Below the pieces are notes generated by a model. The model did no database searches. It saw only the letters and a list, made by a program, of their open reading frames with translations, and was not told the origin of the DNA. 24,707 bases of DNA from positions 1 through 24,707 of the forward strand of contig JAZDIV010000073.1 of the NCBI GenBank assembly GCA_043804695.1, written 5' to 3'. Position numbers and translations under genes: made by a program. Positions 1 to 7,406 of this stretch are shown one piece after another; position 1 is the first letter of the stretch, and the number at the start of each line of letters is the position of its first letter. Origin of the DNA: PVC group bacterium (GTDB lineage Bacteria > Auribacterota > Erginobacteria > Erginobacterales > Erginobacteraceae).

Positions 1-7
1 ATATCTG

Positions 8-28
8 TAATTGAGAATCTTTTTCAGT
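8..28. promoter_or_regulatory. Putative Fur box downstream of fur (likely controls the next minus-strand gene outside the window)
   Basis: TAATTGAGAATCTTTTTCAGT is 18/21 identical to the Fur-box-like site at 657-677. Confidence 0.55.
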
Positions 29-72
29 GAGAACCGGTTGACCCCTGTGCCGGAGCGGATTGATCCCGCGCT

Positions 73-510
73 TCAGGGTTCTTCCTCACGGCAGGCCGAG
101 CAGAGCCCCCGCACCCCCAGGCGGTATTCAAAGGGAGCGAAATCATATTTCCCGCAGACCCGGTTAAGGATCGTCTCCATCTCTTCCTCCCGGAATTCAA
201 CAATCTTGCCGCATTTTACGCAGATCAGGTGATGGTGGGGCTTGTGGCCGAAGAGGTGTTCATAGGTCACGTGACCCTCGCACGACATTGCCCTTCTGAT
301 CATCCCGCTCTCGACCAGCAGCGGGATCAGGCGGTAGATCGTGGCCAGGGAAATCCTCTTGCCCCCCTTTTTCATTTTTTCATAGAGGGTTTCGACATCA
401 AAGTGCTCGTGGGAGGCAAAGATCTCCCCCAGGATCGTCCGCCGCTCCGGGGTGGATTTTAAACCCTGCAGCCGGAGAAATTGGTTGAATCTCTGTTCCG
501 GATCATTCAT
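73..510 (-). CDS. fur: Fur-family metal-responsive transcriptional regulator
   Basis: 145 aa; GLKSTPERRTIL, HFDVETLY, ISLATIYR, HHHLICVKCG and C-terminal CSAC; Fur/Zur/PerR subtype not resolved. Confidence 0.93.
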   Translation of the reverse strand: MNDPEQRFNQFLRLQGLKSTPERRTILGEIFASHEHFDVETLYEKMKKGGKRISLATIYRLIPLLVESGMIRRAMSCEGHVTYEHLFGHKPHHHLICVKCGKIVEFREEEMETILNRVCGKYDFAPFEYRLGVRGLCSACREEEP

Positions 511-656
511 CTGCCCTTCTTCCTCAGGTTCTTTTCAGGTTAATCGAGCGCATATGTGATTGAATTCCGAAGCGAAGCCGGGACATAAGTAACAGTAAAA
601 AGTGACTGTGGTTTTGAACTATGCTAACCTGTGCCAAACTCCTTTGGCCTCGTTTT

Positions 657-680
657 TAATTGAGAATGATTTTCATTCGC
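657..680. promoter_or_regulatory. Putative Fur box upstream of fur (autoregulation)
   Basis: GAGAATGATTTTCATTCGC (662-680) matches 14/19 of the classical GATAATGATAATCATTATC box, about 150 bp upstream of the fur start. Confidence 0.65.
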
Positions 681-828
681 ACTATATCATGACCGTTCCG
701 GATCGTAATAGTAAAATAATATTTGTTGTCGTTTTCTGCGGTCCCTTGGGGATTAATACCGTGATACTTATAGAAAACGCCGCGGGATATTTCTTGAAGG
801 GATGTTCTTTAACTGATAGTTTTATTTA

Positions 829-869
829 CGTTATAAAGTAGCGAGCGCAGCGAGCTAATTTATATTATG
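829..869 (+). promoter_or_regulatory. ModE-box-like operator interrupted by a 17-bp insertion
   Basis: Half-sites CGTTATAAA (829-837) and TATATTATG (861-869); removing 841-857 gives a 9-6-9 arrangement like CGTTATATA-N6-TATATAACG overlapping the start codon. Confidence 0.5.
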
Positions 870-1211
870 AGGATACACCTTAAAATCAGTCTGGCCTCCG
901 AACGGGGAGAACCCTTCATGGGGATCGGTCTGGTCTGGCTCCTCCGGGAGGTTGCGGCGCGCGGTTCGATCAGCCGGGCCAGCGAAGAGATGGGCCTCTC
1001 CTATTCCAAGGCGCTCAAGATCGTCAACCGCCTGGAGAAGAATCTCGGCCGGAAGCTGCTGATCAGAAAACACGGCGGCTGTGACCGGGGCGGTGCCTCG
1101 CTGACTCCGTTCGGTAAAAAATTCATCGACGAGTACGACCGGATGCAGGCCGCCGTGAAGAATGCCGCCGAGAAAGAATTCACTCGCTTCCGGCAAAGGA
1201 TCAAGATATAA
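867..1211 (+). CDS. Stand-alone ModE N-terminal winged-helix regulator
   Basis: 114 aa; FMGIG..LL..V...GSISRASEEMGLSYSKA..IVNRLE..LG..L.....GG..GGASLTPFG; no TOBE/molybdate-binding domains. Confidence 0.88.
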   Translation: MRIHLKISLASERGEPFMGIGLVWLLREVAARGSISRASEEMGLSYSKALKIVNRLEKNLGRKLLIRKHGGCDRGGASLTPFGKKFIDEYDRMQAAVKNAAEKEFTRFRQRIKI

Positions 1212-1236
1212 CCCGATTTATTCATAAATCGGGTTA
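1209..1236. repeat. Perfect 13-bp-arm palindrome beginning in the modE-like stop codon (terminator or micro-insertion)
   Basis: TAACCCGATTTAT-TC-ATAAATCGGGTTA followed by GTTTT. Confidence 0.7.
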
Positions 1237-1272
1237 GTTTTCATGAATAATCCAGGTTAAAGAACGGACCGG

Positions 1273-2226
1273 ATGAACGAAACGCTGACAAAAACCCAGA
1301 CCGCCGCCCTGACCCTGGATCATCCCCTGCTGGAGAAGATTGTCATTTCGCTGGCGGCGGTGCTGGTCCTCTGGCTGCTCCGCTGGATTCTTCTGAGAGT
1401 TGTCCAGGGCCGGACCGAAAATGTCCGGGCCCGGTATTACTGGAGAAAGACGTCCGGCTACGTGATTCTGGCGCTTTCCGGCCTGGTGATCGGGGGCGTC
1501 TGGCTGAAGGCTTTCCAGTCCCTGGCCACCTTTCTCGGCCTGCTGAGCGCGGGGCTGGCGATCGCCTTGAAGGATCCCCTGGTCAACCTGGCCGGATGGA
1601 TTTATATCCTCTGGCAGCGACCCTTCGCCGTCGGAGACCGGATTCAGATCGGCGAGCACGCGGGCGATGTCATCGATCTGCGTCTTTTTGAGACCTCCCT
1701 GATGGAGATGGGGAACTGGGTCCGCGGCGACCAGAGCACCGGCCGGGTGATGCATATCCCCAACGGGAAAATTTTCTCCGAGGCCCTGGCGAATTATACC
1801 CGGGAGTTCCCGTTCATCTGGAACGAAATCCCCGTCCTGCTCACCTTCGAGAGCAACTGGGAAAAGGCCAAAAAAATACTGGAAGAGATTGCCGCCCAGC
1901 ACGCGCGGCATTTAAGCGCCGAGGCCCGCCAGCAGATCGAGGAGGCGCAGCAGCGCCTCCTCATCATCTACCCCGCCCTGACCCCCGTCATCTACACCAG
2001 CGTGGAAGCGAGCGGGATTCAGCTCACCATCCGCTATATCTGCGCGCCGTCGCCCCGCCGGGATACCGAGGATGCCATCTGGCTGGACATTCTCCGTGAA
2101 TTCGCCCGCCACCCCGACATCGATTTCGCCTATCCCACCCAGCGCTGGTATGATTATGTCCGGGAAAAATCGACGGGAAGTGCCCCTCCCGGGGAAAAAG
2201 AGAAGGGGGAAAGGCAGCGCAATTAA
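1273..2226 (+). CDS. MscS-family mechanosensitive ion channel
   Basis: 317 aa; three N-terminal hydrophobic segments, GLAIALKDPLVNLAGW, PFAVGDRIQIG..GDV, IPNGKIF. Confidence 0.92.
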   Translation: MNETLTKTQTAALTLDHPLLEKIVISLAAVLVLWLLRWILLRVVQGRTENVRARYYWRKTSGYVILALSGLVIGGVWLKAFQSLATFLGLLSAGLAIALKDPLVNLAGWIYILWQRPFAVGDRIQIGEHAGDVIDLRLFETSLMEMGNWVRGDQSTGRVMHIPNGKIFSEALANYTREFPFIWNEIPVLLTFESNWEKAKKILEEIAAQHARHLSAEARQQIEEAQQRLLIIYPALTPVIYTSVEASGIQLTIRYICAPSPRRDTEDAIWLDILREFARHPDIDFAYPTQRWYDYVREKSTGSAPPGEKEKGERQRN

Positions 2227-2330
2227 CTGCTTCGGAATTTTCCCGACATCCGTCCCGACATCCGTCGGGATAACAATACTTTTGAATAAATGAATCGGGA
2301 CAATAAATTAACAAAACGGCTATCGTTGAA

Positions 2331-2422
2331 CGGTTGCGCTGCTCGAAACGTTGAACGCGGAAGGGTTGCGGGCGGCCTGGCTCCGCAACCGTTCTCCGCA
2401 ACCGATTCGAGCCGCGTAACCG
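2331..2422. repeat. Long imperfect hairpin built of GGTTGCG/CGCAACC units
   Basis: Nested complementary arms CGGTTGCG/CGTAACCG, GCTCGAA/TTCGAGC, GCGGA/TCCGC, GGTTGCGG/CCGCAACC. Confidence 0.6.
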
Positions 2423-2480
2423 CAACCTTTTCCCCCCAAGTTGCGCCGAAGGCGCTAACTTGCTGGGGGACAGGGTGGAG

Positions 2481-3206
2481 ATGATCGATCAGGAGCTGAT
2501 CCGGATTTTCCGGGAGTATCTCGCCCTCGCCCGCCGGGTGGTTTTTCTGACCGGGGCGGGGATCTCCACCGAGAGCGGAATCCCCGACTTCCGGTCGCAA
2601 GACGGCCTCTACAGCGACCCCGAAAATCTCAGCCTCTTCGAGATTTCCGCCTTCCTCGCCGATCCCGGCCCCTTCTACCGGTTCTGGGCCCGGTTCCTCC
2701 CGGTCCTGGAAGCGGCCCGCCCCAACCCGGCCCACCTCGCCATCGCCCGTCTCCAGGAGACCCGCCGGGTGACGGTCGTCACCCAGAACATCGACGATCT
2801 CCACCGGCGGGCGGGGAGCAGGATCGTTCACTGCGTTCACGGGAACCTCGAGTTCAGCCGCTGTGTCAGGTGCGGCCACCGCCTGGCCACCGCCGAACTC
2901 CACCCCGTGATCCGCCGGGGGGAGGTTCCCCACCACTCCTGCGGGGGGTTTTACAAGCCGGAGGTGACCTTCTTCGGAGAGGGGCTGCCGGAGGCCGACT
3001 GGCTCTATTCCCGCCAGGCGATCGGGGAGGCCGACCTTCTCTGTGTGGTCGGCTCCTCCCTGGTCGTCTATCCCGCGGCGGCGCTCCCCGACTATCGCCG
3101 CCGGGACTGCCGGCTGGTCATCGTCAATCGGGAGCCGACGCCGCTGGACCCGGAGGCCGGCCTGGTCATCCGCGGCAATGCCGGGGAAACGCTGGGAAAG
3201 CTCTGA
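2481..3206 (+). CDS. cobB: Sir2/CobB-family NAD-dependent protein deacylase
   Basis: TGAGISTESGIPDFRS, TQNIDDLH, HGN, CVRC Zn site, VGSSLVVYPAA, IVNREPT; ATG 2481 after GGTGGAG. Confidence 0.93.
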   Translation: MIDQELIRIFREYLALARRVVFLTGAGISTESGIPDFRSQDGLYSDPENLSLFEISAFLADPGPFYRFWARFLPVLEAARPNPAHLAIARLQETRRVTVVTQNIDDLHRRAGSRIVHCVHGNLEFSRCVRCGHRLATAELHPVIRRGEVPHHSCGGFYKPEVTFFGEGLPEADWLYSRQAIGEADLLCVVGSSLVVYPAAALPDYRRRDCRLVIVNREPTPLDPEAGLVIRGNAGETLGKL

Positions 3207-3320
3207 CGCCTGATGGAATGTCGGCACCTGCGCATTCAGGACTTACGAGGGTGCGTTATGCCTCGATTTCGCGGTCTCAAGGATTTAGAGAAGACAGAGT
3301 TCTGACAAGAGAGATAGACA

Positions 3321-3647
3321 ATGAAGAAGTGTCCATTCTGTGCCGAAGAGATTCAGGACGAAGCGATAAAGTGTAAGCACTGCGGTGAATTCCTGGATGC
3401 GGCCATCCGGCCATCCGTGGCGGGGAAAAGACTGCAATGGTATTTCCGCACACCCTTTATTGTCCTGGCAGTTTGCTGTGTGGGCCCCCTGGCGTTGCCT
3501 CTGATATGGTGGCGTCCGCAAACAACACGAGCCTGGAAAATCGGACTGACAATAGGCATTCTTATACTCAGCTGGCTCTTGTTCCAAGCAACTCAGAAAT
3601 CCGTTGAAACTCTTAAAAAGTACTACGACCTGATGGATGGACTCTAG
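3321..3647 (+). CDS. Zinc-ribbon domain membrane protein
   Basis: 108 aa; [20 protein letters not shown] followed by two hydrophobic segments; AT-richer than flanks. Confidence 0.82.
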   Translation: MKKCPFCAEEIQDEAIKCKHCGEFLDAAIRPSVAGKRLQWYFRTPFIVLAVCCVGPLALPLIWWRPQTTRAWKIGLTIGILILSWLLFQATQKSVETLKKYYDLMDGL

Positions 3648-3678
3648 GCCCACATTAAGCGAACTCTGACATTTGTCA

Positions 3679-3791
3679 CCCCTGCCGCTTTATGCGGCAG
3701 GTGAATCAGTTTATCAGCTATCATCCGCAACCTTTTCAACCCGGAAGGCCCCCGTGACTTTATGTCACTGGTGAATAAGTTCATCGGCTAT
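3679..3791. repeat. Direct-repeat doublet of covarying hairpins, 70-bp period (IS200/IS605-end-like)
   Basis: CCTGCCGC-TTTAT-GCGGCAGG (3681-3701) and CCCGTGAC-TTTAT-GTCACTGG (3751-3771), each followed by TGAATmAGTTyATCrGCTAT. Confidence 0.7.
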
Positions 3792-3806
3792 ACCCATTTT
3801 TGAAAG

Positions 3807-3940
3807 TGATTAACAATGTTGAGCCGACGCTTTGCATAGGCTCAACGTGGTGCTGCTTCGCCCCTGGAACCTGCGCCGGTTGCCGGGCCGCCCCCTTCGG
3901 GGCCGCTCCGCTCCCGCCGAGACTCAGCGCTGCGTTATCC
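3807..3940 (+). mobile_element. Degenerate integron attC-like site
   Basis: 5' GATTAAC-AATGT-TGAGCCGAC and 3' GAGACTCAG-CGCTGC-GTTATCC can pair around a GC-rich centre; TA operon follows. Confidence 0.5.
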
Positions 3941-3965
3941 CTTAGAATTAATCACAAAATATTAA

Positions 3966-3994
3966 TTGCCGGATCGGTCCATGTGGAGTACTAT
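3966..3994 (+). promoter_or_regulatory. Sigma70-type promoter of RHH-mazF operon with palindromic operator
   Basis: TTGCCG-17 nt-TACTAT with TCCATGTGGA palindrome in the spacer. Confidence 0.55.
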
Positions 3995-4028
3995 AGCTAT
4001 AATTATCCATATAATGGTGAGGTGAGCT

Positions 4029-4262
4029 ATGAAAACGGTTCAAATGACCTTGGATGAAGATCTTGTCAAGGTGGTGGACAAAGTGGCAAAGAAGCTTCAT
4101 ACAACCAGATCGGCTTTTACACGTGAAGCCTTGCGGGAAGCGATCAAGAATTTCAATATTCGCCGCTTGGAGCGCAAGCAACGACAAGGATATGAAATGT
4201 ATCCTGTGGCAAAATCAGAGTTTAGTGTATGGGAAGATAAACAGGAGTGGGGCGGTGAATGA
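4029..4262 (+). CDS. CopG/ribbon-helix-helix antitoxin
   Basis: 77 aa; MKTVQMTLDEDLV..VD.......TTRSAFTREAL; ATGA overlap with toxin; GAGGTG RBS. Confidence 0.88.
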   Translation: MKTVQMTLDEDLVKVVDKVAKKLHTTRSAFTREALREAIKNFNIRRLERKQRQGYEMYPVAKSEFSVWEDKQEWGGE

Positions 4263-4570
4263 AAAAAGGCGAAATTCGCTGGTATAAATTCACTCACTCG
4301 GACAAGAAACGGCCCGTTCTCATTCTCTCTCGAGACTCAATCATTGAATATCTTGGTGAGGTCGCTATCGCACCCATTACTTCCATTATCAGGGACATTC
4401 CCACTGAAGTGATACTTTCCAAAGAAGATGGCATGATGCGTAATTGTGCCGTCAATTGCGATCATATCCAGACCGTTTCAAAGAGCAAGCTTGGAGCATT
4501 GATTGCCGCACTTTCCCGGGAGAAAATGAGGGAAGTGTCCAAAGCGATAGCTTTTGCTCTCAGCTTGTAG
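4259..4570 (+). CDS. mazF: PemK/MazF-family toxin
   Basis: 103 aa; KGEI, KKRPVLILSRD, APITS, VNCDHIQTVSK. Confidence 0.9.
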   Translation: MKKGEIRWYKFTHSDKKRPVLILSRDSIIEYLGEVAIAPITSIIRDIPTEVILSKEDGMMRNCAVNCDHIQTVSKSKLGALIAALSREKMREVSKAIAFALSL

Positions 4571-4672
4571 GGTACGCTCGCCGCGGCACCGCGCCGGGGA
4601 AACGCTGAGAAAACTCTGATTCCGGGGCATGGAAAAGCACTATTTTCATGCAGAATTCCGGTTATACTGTAT

Positions 4673-4715
4673 TAAAATTTTTACGAAGTAAAAATTTTAC
4701 GAAGTAAAAACTTTA
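4673..4715. repeat. TA-flanked A/T micro-palindrome with internal 16-bp tandem duplication, just before comEC ATG
   Basis: TTTTACGAAGTAAAAA twice (4679-4694, 4695-4710); ends TAAAATTTTTAC / GTAAAAACTTTA complementary at 11/12. Confidence 0.7.
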
Positions 4716-4716
4716 G

Positions 4717-7104
4717 ATGAAATTATATCCTCTGGTTCGGGTCACCCTTCTCTTTATCGCGGGCCTGGTACTCGGTAGATATCTGCCTTCCGGAGGAAAA
4801 CTCGTCCCCGTCTTCTGCGCGATCACCCTCATTGTCATCCTGGCCGGATATCTGGCCCGGCGGCGTGCGCCCCGGCCGCGGCTCCGGCGCCTTTTCCTGT
4901 TCGGGTTGGGACTTGTTATTGTCTCGGCCGGGATGCTCCGGTATTCGCTGGCCGGGCGGCTTCCCGCCGAAGATATCTCACGGTATGCCTCGGAAGAACC
5001 GGTGGCCGTGGAAGGAATTATCCGGGGAGAGACGGACTTTCAGCGCCACGGCGCCCGGTTTATCCTCAGCTGCCGGCGCCTGGACCGGGCGGGGGAGTCT
5101 GTCCGGGTCAGCGGCCTGCTCCAGGTTATCTTTCACGGACAGGTGAAGGAGGTGGAGCCGATTCTGTGCTGCGGCCGCCCGGTCCGGATCACCGCCCGGA
5201 TCGACCGCCCCCGGGAAGGGGGCAACCCCGGAGAGACGTCGCCCCGCGCTCTGCTGTCCGCCCGGGGCATCCGCGCCCAGAGCCGGATATACCGGTCCGA
5301 CGCGATCCTCCCTCTGGGGACGGGAGGGCGCCGGTCGCTGCTCTGCCTGGCCCTTGACCTCAAGCACCGCCTCCAGCGGATCATCCGGATCAGCCTTCCC
5401 GATCCCCGGCATCATCCCGGCAGCATCCAGTCGGCGCTGCTGGAGGCGGTCATGCTCGGCGAACGGGGCGCGGTTCCCTTCGAGATCAGGGAGAATTTCC
5501 AGTCGATCGGCGTCATCCACGTCCTCGTGGTGTCGGGTCTTCACGTCGGCTTCATCTGGCTGCTGGGGAATTTTTTATTCAGCCCTCTTCCCCTCCGCTG
5601 GCGCCACGCCCTGATCATCCCCCTGGTTGCCGGGTATGTTCTGCTGACCGGCGCCGGCACCGCTACCGTCCGGGCCGGGGTGATGGCGATCGTCTATTCA
5701 CTGGCCGTCGTTCTCAACCAGCCCCGGAACACCCTGACCGCGCTGGCCGCCGCCGCGCTGGCGCTCCTCCTCTACAACCCGCTCAACCTCTTCAGCGCCG
5801 GTTTCCAGCTCTCCTTTCTGATCGTGCTCACCATGGTCGCCCTGGTCCCTGTTTTCGATCGCCGGCTCCGGGCGCTGCCGGAAATTATCCGTCTCGGCCT
5901 GGCCGTTCCCCTGGCCGCCCAGATCGGCGCGTTTCCTCTGGTGGCCTACTACTTTCATTTTGTTTCGCTCCCGGCGCTCCCCGCCAACATCCTGATCGTC
6001 CCCCTGGTCGGGGCGATTGTCAGCCTGGGGTTCATCGCTTCCCTGTCCGGGCTGGCCGCCTGGCCCCTGGCCTGGCTGCTGAACTACCCCAACCGCTATC
6101 TGATACCGGGGCTGCTCAAGCTGGTCGGCTGGTTCTCCCGCCTTCCCGGCGGCAGCCTCCGGATCGGGACCTTTCCGGTCCTCTGGGTCTTTGCCTGGTA
6201 CATCGTTCTCTTCGGGCTGCTCTCCCTCTGGAAGGACCGGAAGCGCCGATCCCTGATCATCGCGGGGATGGTCACCGCTCTCCTGGCCGCTGCGGCGGCC
6301 TCTCTGATTCCGCCGTCTCTGCCCCCGCTCCGGGCCGTCTTTTTCAACGGCAAAAGCGGCGACATCACCCTGATCCGGGAAGCGAACGGGCCCGTCATCA
6401 TCATATCATCGGATGACGACCGGTTCGACGATATCCCGCGGATCGTGGCACCCTACCTCCGGGAGCAGAAGATCGGCCGGGTCGATTACCTGGTCCTGAC
6501 CCGGGCCGGCATTGATCACCTGAATGTCCTGAAAAAGCTTCTCACGGCCGTCGCCGTCGGGACCGTCCTTGACCACCCCCTGGGGCCGTCCTCCCCCTCC
6601 TATTCGATCTTCCGCCGGGAGCTGGCCGGGCAGGGGATCGGCTATCACCGTCTGGCCGCCGACGACCTGATCGATGCGGGCAAATGCCGCCTCTCCTTGC
6701 TCTGGCCTCGCTGCCGTTCGGGGACCCGGTTCGACGAGGACTACTCCCTGGTTCTCAGAGTCCGGTTCGGGGAGGTAAGTTTTCTCTTCCCTTCCGGGAT
6801 CGGGATGGCCGCCCAGGAAGACCTGGTCGAATCCACGGTTGATCTCCGATCGACGGTCATGAAAGCGCCCCGGCGGGGGAGCAGCGCCCATGTTTCTCCC
6901 GCCTTCCTGAGGGCGGTCGACCCGGATTACGCCCTCCTGATCCAGGGCCAGAAGTACTTCGGGCGCTACCCCCGCGACTGCGGCGATTTCCTCCGGGAAG
7001 AAGGGGCCGAGGTCCACCGGAGCGGGGAAGAAGGATGTTTGGTTGTGGAGACTGATGGGACAGACTGTAAAATATTGTCGGCTTTTGATGATACGAAGGA
7101 ATGA
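4717..7104 (+). CDS. comEC: ComEC/Rec2 DNA-uptake channel (N-terminal OB/DUF4131-like, Competence and degenerate MBL domains)
   Basis: 795 aa; HVLVVSGLHVG, RAGVM, GFQLSF, PANIL; C-terminal MBL fold recognisable but metal ligands substituted. Confidence 0.93.
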   Translation: MKLYPLVRVTLLFIAGLVLGRYLPSGGKLVPVFCAITLIVILAGYLARRRAPRPRLRRLFLFGLGLVIVSAGMLRYSLAGRLPAEDISRYASEEPVAVEGIIRGETDFQRHGARFILSCRRLDRAGESVRVSGLLQVIFHGQVKEVEPILCCGRPVRITARIDRPREGGNPGETSPRALLSARGIRAQSRIYRSDAILPLGTGGRRSLLCLALDLKHRLQRIIRISLPDPRHHPGSIQSALLEAVMLGERGAVPFEIRENFQSIGVIHVLVVSGLHVGFIWLLGNFLFSPLPLRWRHALIIPLVAGYVLLTGAGTATVRAGVMAIVYSLAVVLNQPRNTLTALAAAALALLLYNPLNLFSAGFQLSFLIVLTMVALVPVFDRRLRALPEIIRLGLAVPLAAQIGAFPLVAYYFHFVSLPALPANILIVPLVGAIVSLGFIASLSGLAAWPLAWLLNYPNRYLIPGLLKLVGWFSRLPGGSLRIGTFPVLWVFAWYIVLFGLLSLWKDRKRRSLIIAGMVTALLAAAAASLIPPSLPPLRAVFFNGKSGDITLIREANGPVIIISSDDDRFDDIPRIVAPYLREQKIGRVDYLVLTRAGIDHLNVLKKLLTAVAVGTVLDHPLGPSSPSYSIFRRELAGQGIGYHRLAADDLIDAGKCRLSLLWPRCRSGTRFDEDYSLVLRVRFGEVSFLFPSGIGMAAQEDLVESTVDLRSTVMKAPRRGSSAHVSPAFLRAVDPDYALLIQGQKYFGRYPRDCGDFLREEGAEVHRSGEEGCLVVETDGTDCKILSAFDDTKE

Positions 7105-7147
7105 ACCAACAAATTACGCCAAAGAACGAACCTTAACTACCGGATGT

Positions 7148-7388
7148 AAATCCCAAATAACAAATCCCAAATCTCAAACAAATCACAAATTCCAAATAAC
7201 AATGACCGAAACAAATCACTAACCACGGCAGATTGGCCATTTATCACATTTTGGAATGCTCTGATGATTATGGCCTACTGGTTTGGAATTTTGAATTTAG
7301 GTCAGCCTCCTTCGCCATAGTAGCCTTTTGGCTACGGCGGCTGAATTGAAATTTGTTTGGGATTTGGTGCTTAGAATTTAGGATTTTG
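7148..7388. repeat. Inverted arrays of about 7-mer units (AAATCCC/AAATTCC type, then TTTGGGA/TTTGGAA type) with embedded TCAGCC...GGCTGA hairpin
   Basis: A/C-rich arm 7148-7207, T/G-rich arm 7281-7388, inner hairpin 7302-7344. Confidence 0.75.
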
Positions 7389-7406
7389 CGGACGTATCCA
7401 AATAAG

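Noticed and set aside
620..637. Sigma54-like TTGGCACAGGTTAGCATA upstream of fur (minus strand)
   Set aside because: GG to GC spacing is 9 nt rather than the required 10
2481..3206. Sir2 as an anti-phage (Thoeris/DSR) effector
   Set aside because: Complete housekeeping deacylase signature with Zn site, host-like GC and no defence partner gene
2223..3227. 334-aa minus-strand ORF and similar antisense ORFs over mscS, comEC, PLD, hypF, hypD, hypE
   Set aside because: All overlap well-supported genes on the other strand and lack recognisable domains
3679..3791. Possible mini CRISPR array
   Set aside because: Only two units, stems diverge in sequence, no cas genes
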